Shown here in pieces: positions 55,657 to 64,000 of a stretch of DNA of 64,000 nucleotides (position 1 is the stretch's first letter; every line of letters starts with the position of its first letter). The notes under the pieces are model-generated. The model ran no database searches, was not told the origin of the DNA, and saw only the letters and a program-made list of their open reading frames with translations. The translations under genes and the position numbers were made by a program. Location: contig CAVPCT010000005.1 of NCBI GenBank assembly GCA_963702475.1, positions 544,001 to 608,000 on the forward strand, read 5' to 3'. This stretch comes from an uncultured Thermoleophilia bacterium (GTDB taxonomy: Bacteria; Actinomycetota; Thermoleophilia; UBA2241).

Positions 55657-56040
55657 TCACCCGTCGGAGCCAGCCTGCTCCTCCGGGAACACGACGTCCG
55701 TGACCATGACGTTGACCGCCCGGACCCTGAGGCCGGTCGTGGCCTCGACCTGCTCGGTGACGGCCTTGCGGCACGCCTCGGCGACGGCCGGGACGCTGGC
55801 CCCGAAGACGATGCTCATGGTGACGTCGATGTCGACGCTGCCGTCACGAAGGTCGACGCTGATGCCGGGCGTACCCTTGTCGCCGCGCAGGCCGGCCAGA
55901 GCGCGAGCGCTTCCGCCGCCCAGGGCGTGGATACCCTCGACGCCGTGGCAGGCCTTGTACGCGACCTTGGCGACCACATTGTCCGAGATCGTGACACCGC
56001 TGGTCGGAGCCGAGCCCTCCGGCTTGGGGGCGTCAGTCAT
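55657..56040 (-). CDS. Asp23/Gls24 family envelope stress protein
   Basis: GVTISDNVVAKVA, VEGI, FGASVPAVA, VEATTGLRVRAVNVMVTDV; GGAGG SD. Confidence 0.92.
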   Translation of the reverse strand: MTDAPKPEGSAPTSGVTISDNVVAKVAYKACHGVEGIHALGGGSARALAGLRGDKGTPGISVDLRDGSVDIDVTMSIVFGASVPAVAEACRKAVTEQVEATTGLRVRAVNVMVTDVVFPEEQAGSDG

Positions 56041-56163
56041 CGCGGTCCTCCCCTTCTCGTCTGTGGACCGCCGCGCGGTGCGAGGGCGGCGGCTCCTTCA
56101 CCGCCTACTGTACCCGTCCGAGAGGGTCGGCTGCACGCCGGCGGGCCGGCCGCCGTCAGCGGG

Positions 56164-59100
56164 CTAGCTGCACTTGGAATAGCTGCACCCCGGATCGTTG
56201 CACACCAGGCAGCCGCCCTCGTGACGCATGGCGCCGCCGCAGTCGGGGCAGGCGCCCTGGGCGAGCTCGACCAGCGAGAGCTGCGGCTCGGGCTCCTTGG
56301 CCGAGGCCGCCGCGGCCCCGCGCACGTAGCGCCGCTCCAGCGCCTTGCCGATGGCGTCGGCGCAGCTCAGCGTGGCGTTGGGGCCGAGGCCGTAGGGCGC
56401 ATGGCAGCGGATGCCCTTGAGCTGCTCGGTGACCTCCTCGGCGCTGGCGCCCTTCTTGAGCGCCAGCGAGATGAGCCGGCCCAGCGCCTCGGTGTTGCTG
56501 GAGGCGCAGCCGCCGGCCTTGCCCATGTTGGCGAACACCTCGCGCGGCCCGAACTCGTCGTCGTTCATGATGACGAAGAGCTTGCCGCAGCCCGTCTCCA
56601 TGCGCTGCGTCTCGCCGCTGAGCAGCTGCGGGCGCGAGGGACGCGTGGTGGCGATGCCGACGCCCGGCACGCCCGCCTCGCGCTTCTTCTTGCTCTGGCC
56701 GACGTTGAGCACCTGCTCGTCGCGGCTGCCGTCGCGGTAGATGGTGACGCCCTTGCAGCCGGACCTGTAGGCCAGCGTGTAGACCTTCTCGACGTCGTCG
56801 ACGGTGGCCTCGTTGGCGAAGTTGACCGTCTTGGAGACGGCGTTGTCGGTCCCCTTCTGGAAGGCCGCCTGCAGCTTGATGTGCCACTCCGGTGTGATGT
56901 CGTGGGCGGTGGCGAACACGTGCTGCACGTCGCCCGGCACCCCGTCGAGGTGGCGCACCGAGCCGACGTCGGCGATCTTCTTCATGAGCTCGTCGCTGTA
57001 GAAGCCGCGCTGGCGGGCGACGTGCTCGAAGTACGGCTGCACTTCGACCATGCGGTCGTCGTCGAGCACGTTGGCCCGCACGTAGCTGATGGCGAACAGC
57101 GGCTCGATGCCGCTGGAGCAGCCGGCGATGATGCTGATGGTGCCGGTGGGGGCCACGGTGGTGACCGTGGCGTTGCGCACGCGCGCGCCGGCCGGCGTGT
57201 CGAAGATGGAGCCCTCGAAGTTGGGGAACACGCCGCGTTCGCGCGCGAGGTCTTCGCTGGCCGCGCGCGCCTCGTCGTGGACGAAGCTCATGACCTCGCC
57301 GGCGATGCGCACGGCCTCGTCGGAGTCGTAGGGCACCTGCAGCTGCAGCAGCATGTCGGCGAAGCCCATGACGCCCAGGCCGATCTTGCGGTTGCCCTTG
57401 GTCATCTGCTCGATCTCGGGCAGCGGGTAGCGGTTGACGTCGATGACATCGTCGAGGAAGCGCACGGCGGTGCGCACGGTGTTGCCCAGCTTGCCGTAGT
57501 CGATATGGCCGTCGGGCACGACCTTGGAGAGGTTGATGGAGCCCAGGTTGCAGCTCTCGTAGGGCAGCAGGGGCTGTTCGCCGCAGTTGTGGACGACGAG
57601 TCCGTTGGCCACGAACGAGTGCGTGACGGGCTCGGTGACGTCGTACACCATCTCCATGCCGTCGGGCTCGAGGGCGCGGAAGCGCGCCGTGAACGGCTGC
57701 CGGTACGGGCCGCGGCGGTAGCCGTCGAGGAGCGCGAGCAGCTTGGCCTGTTTGGCCTCGCTGAGGAAGCCGATCTCGGCGGCGAACCGCGCCAGCCCAC
57801 CACGCGACACGGCCAGCTCGTGGTACTCCTTGCAGGCGTACGCGGCGAGTCCGCCGTGGCCGTCCGGCAGTTGCCGCAGCCCCTCTGGCCTGCGGCCCTC
57901 GTAGATGCGCGACGGGATGCCGAAGTTGAGCAGCACCCGCTGCACGTCGCGCAAGAGGCCGCGGCTGATGGAGGTGAGCCGGACGGTGGCACCCTTCTCG
58001 AGCGACCCGCTCACGTGCCCGTCGGCGGTGAACAGCGCCGTGAGGAACCCGCGCTGCATGTCTTCGGACCCGGTGAGCACGCTCTCAGGTACGCGGTGCT
58101 TGCCGCCCGGCCGCAGGCCGTGCTCCTCGGCGACGCGCCAGAAGCGCTCGGACTTGATGCGGTGCTCGTCGCGTCCGGAGACCGCGTAGCCGTTCAGCGT
58201 GTAGGAGCGGTCGAGCAGCTGGCTGCCGTCGACCTCCTCCTGCATCAGCCCGGCGAAGACCGGTGCGAGCTCCTGCTTCTCGTCGCCGAAGAAGGACAGG
58301 ACGACCTCGGTGGCCTTCATGGTGCCGTCGCCGACGAGCCAGCCGAGCAGCATGCCGAGGCGGCGCGAGCCGGTCGCGCCGAACCCGCCCTTGCGGTCGA
58401 GGATGTGGATGCGGTCGCCCTCGACGAGCTCGCTCGCCGGCACCCACCCTCGCGAGGTCTGCACGCGGTGGTCGGCCGTGAGGCGCAGCTCGTAACCCTC
58501 CACGGTCGTGAGCCGGAAGACTGGCTTGATGCCGCTGGCCACGACCTGGGTGGCCCTGGCGCGTGCGCGGTCGGCGGCCATGCGACTGTCGAGCACGAGC
58601 TCGGGACGGCGCCGCGACTCGTACAGGTCGACGATGCGCCTGAGCCCCTGCCCCGTGGAGACCAGCGTCTCGCCGGTGACGCACGGGTTGGTGCTCTCGA
58701 TCTCGCCCACGTGCGGCGTGGGGTTGTCGGCGTTGATGCGGTCGATGAACACGATGCCGGGGTCGCCGTTCTTCCAGGCCAGGTTGACCATGTTCTTGAA
58801 CACCCTGCGGGCGTTCAGGGTCTTGACCGTGTCGCCGGAGCGCGGGTTGACCAGCGCGTACTCCTCGTCGGCGTCGACGGCGCGCATGAAGGCGTCGGTG
58901 ACGGCCACGGAGATGTTGAAGTTGTTGAGGCGGTCGTCGTCCTCCTTGGCGTGGATGAACTCGATGATGTCGGGGTGGTCGACGCGCATGATGCCCATGT
59001 TGGCGCCGCGCCGCGTGCCGCCCTGCTTGATGGTCTCGGTGGCGGCGTCGAACACGCTCATGAACGACAGCGGTCCGCTGGAGACGCCCTTGGTGCTCAG

Positions 59101-59514
59101 CACCACGTCGTTCTGCGGGCGCACGCGCGAGAAGGAGAAGCCGGTGCCGCCGCCGCTCTTGTGGATGAGGGCGGTGTTCTTGATGGCCTCGAAGATGGAC
59201 TCCATGGAGTCGCCGACGGGGAGCACGAAGCAGGCGGACAGCTGACCCAGCTCGCGGCCGGCGTTCATGAGCGTGGGGCTGTTGGGCAGGAACTCGAGCG
59301 TGGTCATGAGCCGGTAGAAGGTGTCTTCCCACTCCTCCACCGCGGCGGCGGGGTTGTAGAGGCGCTCGGCCTGCGAGACGGCTCTGGCGACGCGCCTGAA
59401 CATGGCCTCGGGCGTCTCCAGGACCTCGCCGTTCTCCCCCTTCTTGAGGTATCTGCGCTCGAGGACCTTGAGCGCGTTGGGCGAGAGATCGATGACTGCC
59501 TTCGTGTCTGTCAT
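56164..59514 (-). CDS. nrdJ: Class II (B12-dependent) ribonucleotide reductase with intein and C-terminal Zn-ribbon
   Basis: FLPNSPTLMNAG, LSACFV, GGGTGF, QGGTRRGANM, TNP|intein|CGEQPL, IGLGVMG, TVAPTGT, AVSKTVN, KGVTIYRDGSR, CPDCG...C..C. Confidence 0.95.
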   Translation of the reverse strand: MTDTKAVIDLSPNALKVLERRYLKKGENGEVLETPEAMFRRVARAVSQAERLYNPAAAVEEWEDTFYRLMTTLEFLPNSPTLMNAGRELGQLSACFVLPVGDSMESIFEAIKNTALIHKSGGGTGFSFSRVRPQNDVVLSTKGVSSGPLSFMSVFDAATETIKQGGTRRGANMGIMRVDHPDIIEFIHAKEDDDRLNNFNISVAVTDAFMRAVDADEEYALVNPRSGDTVKTLNARRVFKNMVNLAWKNGDPGIVFIDRINADNPTPHVGEIESTNPCVTGETLVSTGQGLRRIVDLYESRRRPELVLDSRMAADRARARATQVVASGIKPVFRLTTVEGYELRLTADHRVQTSRGWVPASELVEGDRIHILDRKGGFGATGSRRLGMLLGWLVGDGTMKATEVVLSFFGDEKQELAPVFAGLMQEEVDGSQLLDRSYTLNGYAVSGRDEHRIKSERFWRVAEEHGLRPGGKHRVPESVLTGSEDMQRGFLTALFTADGHVSGSLEKGATVRLTSISRGLLRDVQRVLLNFGIPSRIYEGRRPEGLRQLPDGHGGLAAYACKEYHELAVSRGGLARFAAEIGFLSEAKQAKLLALLDGYRRGPYRQPFTARFRALEPDGMEMVYDVTEPVTHSFVANGLVVHNCGEQPLLPYESCNLGSINLSKVVPDGHIDYGKLGNTVRTAVRFLDDVIDVNRYPLPEIEQMTKGNRKIGLGVMGFADMLLQLQVPYDSDEAVRIAGEVMSFVHDEARAASEDLARERGVFPNFEGSIFDTPAGARVRNATVTTVAPTGTISIIAGCSSGIEPLFAISYVRANVLDDDRMVEVQPYFEHVARQRGFYSDELMKKIADVGSVRHLDGVPGDVQHVFATAHDITPEWHIKLQAAFQKGTDNAVSKTVNFANEATVDDVEKVYTLAYRSGCKGVTIYRDGSRDEQVLNVGQSKKKREAGVPGVGIATTRPSRPQLLSGETQRMETGCGKLFVIMNDDEFGPREVFANMGKAGGCASSNTEALGRLISLALKKGASAEEVTEQLKGIRCHAPYGLGPNATLSCADAIGKALERRYVRGAAAASAKEPEPQLSLVELAQGACPDCGGAMRHEGGCLVCNDPGCSYSKCS
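57586..58683 (-). mobile_element. Intein (366 aa) with LAGLIDADG homing endonuclease
   Basis: Starts CVTGET, block B LTADH, LLGWLVGDG and FLTALFTADG, block F VYDVTEP, ends VVHN before Cys+1. Confidence 0.95.
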
Positions 59515-60083
59515 GCCCGTTGATCCCCCCATGTGGTGCCGTCCGCCGACGGCCCGTTGAAGACTGGTGTCAGGATGTCGTCGTCCGCGTCCAGGCCGGG
59601 AAGAGGCTCCTCGCCCGGCAGGGGGCCGGCCCCGGCCAGCTCGAGGCGCACGAGCTCGCGCTGGAACTCCTCGATGGTCTCGAACTGGCGGTACACGGAC
59701 GCGAAGCGGATGTACGCGACCTTGTCGATGGCCCGGAGCTGGTGAAGGGCTCGCTCGCCCACCAGGTGACTGCTGACCCTGCGTCCCGCGACGCGTTCCA
59801 GCTCGCGCTCGATGGCGTCCACGGCCTGCTCCAGACGCTCCACCGGGATGTCGCGCTTCTCCGTGGCGCGCAGCAGCCCGTTGAGCACCTTGCGGCGCGA
59901 GAAGACCTCCTCGCGGGCGTCGCGCTTGACCACCACGAGCGGGACCTCCTCGACGCGCTCGTAGGTGGTGTAGCGGCGCTCGCAGGCCAGACACTCGCGC
60001 CGGCGGCGCACGCTGTCGCCGGCCTCCGAATCGCGGGAGTCGACGACCTTGCTCTCATCGCTGTTGCAGAAGGGACAACGCAC
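59511..60083 (-). CDS. nrdR: Transcriptional repressor NrdR
   Basis: MRCPFC, VVDSR, RRRRECLAC, TTYE, ATP cone, VAYIRFASVY. Confidence 0.96.
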   Translation of the reverse strand: MRCPFCNSDESKVVDSRDSEAGDSVRRRRECLACERRYTTYERVEEVPLVVVKRDAREEVFSRRKVLNGLLRATEKRDIPVERLEQAVDAIERELERVAGRRVSSHLVGERALHQLRAIDKVAYIRFASVYRQFETIEEFQRELVRLELAGAGPLPGEEPLPGLDADDDILTPVFNGPSADGTTWGDQRA

Positions 60084-60098
60084 AGGAGACTGGCCTCA

Positions 60099-60146
60099 CC
60101 ACAAGATGTTGTGTGCAGGACGGAACGGGACACCACTATAGAGTAT
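60099..60146. promoter_or_regulatory. Tandem NrdR boxes overlapping the nrdR-nrdJ promoter
   Basis: CCACAAGATGTTGTGT (60099-60114) and weaker CACCACTATAGAGTAT (60131-60146), 32 bp apart; minus-strand TTGTCA-N16-TATAGT. Confidence 0.8.
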
Positions 60147-60437
60147 TCATTGGCGCTGACAAGCCACCTTCCTGCCCGTCGCCAGACTGGTTTACGCGTG
60201 GAACCTTTACCCTCAACTTGAGACTGAGAGTTACTCCCTCGAGCGGTGCCGGAGACCAGCGCGGAAGGCAGCATACCCCGCGCCGGGGACGGACGTGCGT
60301 GCGCCGCCGTTGGCGGCATTACCCGGCGCCGGTCGGGAGGCGTCTGAGAGCGCCGGCGGGACCCCGCGGTGGCGCGCACGTCCCGCGGGCCCGCCCCCGG
60401 GGGCGCGAGCGGGCCCAGGCTCGATATACTCAGGGGC

Positions 60438-61163
60438 ATGAACATCGTCGTCCTCCCCACCTACAACGAGCGCGAGAACCTGCGTCACGCGCTGGCGCGC
60501 ATCCGTGAGGTGGCCGACGGCCACGGGTTGCGACTGCACACCCTGATCGTGGACGACAACTCGCCCGACGGCACCGGCGAGCTGGCCGACGACCTGGCCT
60601 GCACCTTGCCGGACTGCTCCGTGATGCACCGCGCCGGCAAGGAGGGCCTCGGCAAGGCGTACATCGCCGGGTTCAAGCAGGCCCTCGACATGGGCGCCAC
60701 GCGCATCTTCGAGATGGACGCCGACCTCAGCCACGACGCCACCTACCTGCCCCACTTCCTGCGCCTCGTCGATCAGGGCGCCGACGTGGTACTGGGCTCG
60801 CGCTACGTGAAGGGCGGCGGCGTGGAGAACTGGAGCCTCTCCCGCAAGGTCATCAGCCGCGGCGGCTGCCTGTACGCGCAGACCATCCTCGGCCTCCCGC
60901 TCAGGGACCTCACGGGAGGCTTCAAGTGCTTCCGCGACACGGTGCTGCGCACCATCGACCTGGACTCCGTGGACACCAAGGGGTACGGCTTCCAGATCGA
61001 GATGACGTACCGCGCCTACAAGCTCGGTTTCGAGGTCGTCGAGCTGCCCATCATCTTCGTCGACCGCAAGGTGGGCGAGAGCAAGATGAGCAACGACATC
61101 GTGCTCGAGGCCATGAAGAACGTGTGGAAGCTCCGCTTCAGCGGCGTGCCCACGCGGCGGTGA
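60438..61163 (+). CDS. Polyprenol monophosphomannose synthase (GT2)
   Basis: VLPTYNEREN, VDDNSPDGTG, GKEGLGKAY, EMDADLSH, GSRY, DLTGGF, GYGFQIEM. Confidence 0.93.
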   Translation: MNIVVLPTYNERENLRHALARIREVADGHGLRLHTLIVDDNSPDGTGELADDLACTLPDCSVMHRAGKEGLGKAYIAGFKQALDMGATRIFEMDADLSHDATYLPHFLRLVDQGADVVLGSRYVKGGGVENWSLSRKVISRGGCLYAQTILGLPLRDLTGGFKCFRDTVLRTIDLDSVDTKGYGFQIEMTYRAYKLGFEVVELPIIFVDRKVGESKMSNDIVLEAMKNVWKLRFSGVPTRR

Positions 61164-62356
61164 GCGCCGGCGACGCGAGGCCGGCCGGCGGACCGCGCGA
61201 GGGCGGCGCCGCTCGGGGGGCGAGCGGCGCCGGCGCAGTCCGGGACGGGAGCGACCGCGGCGACGGCCGGCAGACGGCGGGCATCCTCGCGGTCGACGTG
61301 GGCACGGGCACGGCGGACGTGCTGCTCACCGTGCCCGGGCAGCCGCTCGAGAACGCCGTCAAGCTCGTGGTGCCGTCGCGTACGCAGGTGGTGGCGGCGC
61401 AGATACGCGCAGCGACGCAGCGCCGCCAGACCGTGCTCTTCGGCGGCCCGGTGATGGGCGGCGGGCCGGACGGGGCGGCGATGAAGGACCACCTCGCCGC
61501 CGGCCTCGCTTTCGTCGCCACCGAGGAGGCCGCCCTCACCTTCGCCGACGACCTGGACAAGGTGCGCGCCCGCGGCGTGCGGGTGGTGGGCGACGGCGCG
61601 CTCGACGAACTGCGGCGGCGGCTGCCCGAAGGCTCGGCCGCCGACGTCCGCTCCGGCGACCTGGACACGGCGGCGCTGCGCGCCGCCCTCACGCTGCTGG
61701 GCGTGGAGCCGGCGTTCGACGCCGCGGCCGTGGCCGTGCAGGACCACGGCTTCAGCCCCGGCGGGTCCAACCGGGTCTTCCGCTTCGGCTTCTGGCGGGC
61801 GGCCGTGCAGGAGGCACGCCCGCTAAGCGAGCTCTTCTACGACGCCGCGGCGGTGCCGGCGGAGTTCACGCGCCTGCGCGCCGCCGCCGGCCTGGCCCGC
61901 GAGCTGGCCGGCTCCGGGCCGGCACTCGTGGCCGACACCGGCCCCGCGGCGCTGTACGGGGCTTTGCCGGCCGGCGTGACCGACGCCGTGCTGGTCAACG
62001 CCGGTAACGGTCACACCATCTGCGTCGTCGCCCGCGGCGGCCGCCTGACCGGCGTGTTCGAGCACCACACGCGGATGCTCGACGGCCAGCGCCTGCAGGA
62101 CTACCTGCGCCGCTTTCTGGCCGGGGAGCTGGCCGACGACGAGGTCCGCGACCAGGGCGGCCACGGCGCCGTGCTGGCCGCCGGCGACGCCACCGGCCTG
62201 CCGGTGATCGTCACGGGACCGCGCCGCGCGCTCCTCACGGGCAGCGACCTGCCGCTGGAGTTCGCGGCCCCGCACGGCGACATGATGCTCACCGGCTGCT
62301 ACGGGCTGCTGCGCGCGTTCGCCGATCGCGGGATGGTGCGGACGGACGACGGGTGA
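61160..62356 (+). CDS. DUF1786 family (actin-like ATPase fold) protein
   Basis: LAVDVGTGT, MGGG, AVQDHG, SNR, DTGPAA, NAGNGHT, FEHHT, GGHG, PHGDMMLTGCYG. Confidence 0.8.
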   Translation: MSAGDARPAGGPREGGAARGASGAGAVRDGSDRGDGRQTAGILAVDVGTGTADVLLTVPGQPLENAVKLVVPSRTQVVAAQIRAATQRRQTVLFGGPVMGGGPDGAAMKDHLAAGLAFVATEEAALTFADDLDKVRARGVRVVGDGALDELRRRLPEGSAADVRSGDLDTAALRAALTLLGVEPAFDAAAVAVQDHGFSPGGSNRVFRFGFWRAAVQEARPLSELFYDAAAVPAEFTRLRAAAGLARELAGSGPALVADTGPAALYGALPAGVTDAVLVNAGNGHTICVVARGGRLTGVFEHHTRMLDGQRLQDYLRRFLAGELADDEVRDQGGHGAVLAAGDATGLPVIVTGPRRALLTGSDLPLEFAAPHGDMMLTGCYGLLRAFADRGMVRTDDG

Positions 62357-62384
62357 GCGGCAGGCGAGCGATCACGAGGAGGAC

Positions 62385-63335
62385 GTGATGGGGGACGAGA
62401 CAGGGGTGCGGCGCGTCGCCGTCGTGGGCACAGGGCTCATCGGCGCGCGCTGGGCCGCGCACTTCCTCGCGCACGGGCTCGACGTCACGGCCACCGACCC
62501 GGCGCCAGGTGCGGAGCCGGCCCTGCGCGACACCGTCGCGCGCTGCTGGCCGGCCCTCGAGCGCCTGGGGCTCTCCCCCGGCGCCTCGCGAGAGCGCCTG
62601 ACCTTCGCGCCTTCGCTCGAGGAGGCCGTGTGCGACGCGGACTTCGTCCAGGAGAACGCTCCCGACGACGAGGAGCTCAAGATGGAGCTGCTCGCCGCCG
62701 TGGACGCCGCCTGCCCGCCGGCCGCCGTGATCGCCTCGAGCACGTCGGGCATCCTGCCCACCATGCTGCAGTCGCGCTGCGCCCGGCCCGAGCGCGTGCT
62801 CGCCGGCCACCCCTCCAATCCGGCCCACATCCTGCCGCTGGTGGAGGTGGTCGCCGGCGCGCGCACCTCTCCCGAGGCGGTCGACAGGGCGATGGCCTTC
62901 TACCGGGCGGTCGGCAAGCGCCCGCTGCGCGTGCGCCGCGAGGCCCCGGGATTCGTGATGAACCGCCTGCAGGAGGCCGTGTGGCGCGAGATGTTCCACC
63001 TGGTGGACGACGACATCGCGACCTGCGCGGAGCTGGACGCGTCGGTCACGGACGGCTGCGGTATGCGCTGGGCCCTGTTCGGTCCCGCCTTCGTCTACCT
63101 GTTGCAGGGCGGACCCGGGGGCATGGCCTGGGCCCTCGACCAGTTCGATCCGGAACGCATCCCGGACTGGTCGCACAACTTCTACCCCCAGATCACACCG
63201 GAGCTGAGGGAGCGCCTCGTCGCGCAGACGCGCGAGCAGGCAGACGGACGTACGCTCGAGGAGTGGGAGGCGCTGCGCGACGAGTTCCTGGTGCGCGTAG
63301 TGGAGCTGAAGCGCGAGCTGCTCGGTGGGGACTGA
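62385..63335 (+). CDS. 3-hydroxyacyl-CoA dehydrogenase family, L-carnitine dehydrogenase-like
   Basis: VGTGLIG Rossmann motif, FVQENAP, SSTSG, HPSNP..LPLVE, GFVMNRLQEA, GMRWA. Confidence 0.85.
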   Translation: MMGDETGVRRVAVVGTGLIGARWAAHFLAHGLDVTATDPAPGAEPALRDTVARCWPALERLGLSPGASRERLTFAPSLEEAVCDADFVQENAPDDEELKMELLAAVDAACPPAAVIASSTSGILPTMLQSRCARPERVLAGHPSNPAHILPLVEVVAGARTSPEAVDRAMAFYRAVGKRPLRVRREAPGFVMNRLQEAVWREMFHLVDDDIATCAELDASVTDGCGMRWALFGPAFVYLLQGGPGGMAWALDQFDPERIPDWSHNFYPQITPELRERLVAQTREQADGRTLEEWEALRDEFLVRVVELKRELLGGD

Positions 63336-63397
63336 GGAGCCGGGCGGAGCGTGGACCTCGGCGCCTGCGCCGGCGCGCGTTACGAGCCGGGCGCGCG

Positions 63398-64000
63398 TTA
63401 CGGGCGCGCCTCCAGGTCGCGCACGGCGGGCACACCGGCAAGCCCCGTGGCCGTGCGCACGGAGGCGAGCACGGCCTGCGCGAGGGCGGTGGCCGCGGCG
63501 GACCCCACCGTGGTGACGTCGGCGGCCACGCCCGAGGCGCCCGTCGCCAGCGCGAACACGGTGTCGCCGTCCAGCATGGTGTGCACCGGGTCGATCGTGC
63601 GGGCGAGGCCGTCGTGGGCCATGCGCGCCACCTTGACGGCCTCCGGCTTGGTGAGCACCGCGTCGGTGGCCACGACGGCGAGAGTGGTGTTCGCGCCGAT
63701 CTGCAGCCCGGGAGCGTGCTCGCGCAGCCACTCCGTGGTGCGCACGAAGCCCCCCTCGGGCCGCCGCGGCCCGGCGAGCACGCCGCCGGTCGCCGGGTCG
63801 ATCACGTCGCCGCACGCGTTGACGGCCACGAGCGCGCCCACCGTGACGCCGCCGGCCAGCCGCAGGCTGGCCGACCCGAGGCCCGTCTTCGTGACCCTGT
63901 CGAAGCCCAGCATCTTGCCCACGGTGGCGCCGGTGCCGGCGCCGATCGAGCCCTGCGGCACCGGCGCCGTGGACGCCGCCTCGCAGGCGGCCTCGCCGGC
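63398..64000 (-). CDS. P1/S58 (DmpA-like) peptidase, 5' truncated by window
   Basis: GSIGAGTGATVGK, VNACGDV, NTTLAVVATD, AHDGLAR, HTMLDGDTVF. Confidence 0.9.
   Translation of the reverse strand, partial: AGEAACEAASTAPVPQGSIGAGTGATVGKMLGFDRVTKTGLGSASLRLAGGVTVGALVAVNACGDVIDPATGGVLAGPRRPEGGFVRTTEWLREHAPGLQIGANTTLAVVATDAVLTKPEAVKVARMAHDGLARTIDPVHTMLDGDTVFALATGASGVAADVTTVGSAAATALAQAVLASVRTATGLAGVPAVRDLEARP

Noticed and set aside
54757-59523. 1588-aa plus-strand ORF
   Set aside because: Antisense shadow of nrdJ and the Asp23 cluster, with no protein motifs
63372-63402. Short duplicated GGCGCGCGTTACG between convergent genes
   Set aside because: Two short GC-rich copies overlapping a stop codon; no evidence of function

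Overview
Very GC-rich, gene-dense bacterial chromosome segment. An anaerobic or facultative Actinomycetota (Thermoleophilia-like) origin is inferred from gene content, leaderless genes and operator motifs; it is not proven. About 55 genes are present. The core is a C1/methyl-group region: hdrA (large, GltD-fused)-mvhD-metV-metF-hdrC-hdrB behind a Rex-like operator, then a flavodoxin, a cytochrome c lipoprotein, a corrinoid protein, a pyrrolysine-free MtmB-family methyltransferase, a candidate unannotated small selenoprotein (in-frame UGA, C-R-U), a cupin and a DUF1638 protein. Also present: a LacI-controlled amine/amide catabolic unit with two identical operators, a P-type ATPase with a PNGL variant, a secreted Ig-fold protein behind a strongly structured leader RNA, an orphan promoter-driven sRNA candidate, two-component systems, an Asp23/AmaP cluster, and nrdR-nrdJ with a LAGLIDADG intein. 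Many genes carry single-base frameshifts, most likely assembly errors. No rRNA, tRNA, CRISPR array or transposase was recognised. All calls come from reading motifs by eye; no searches were run.
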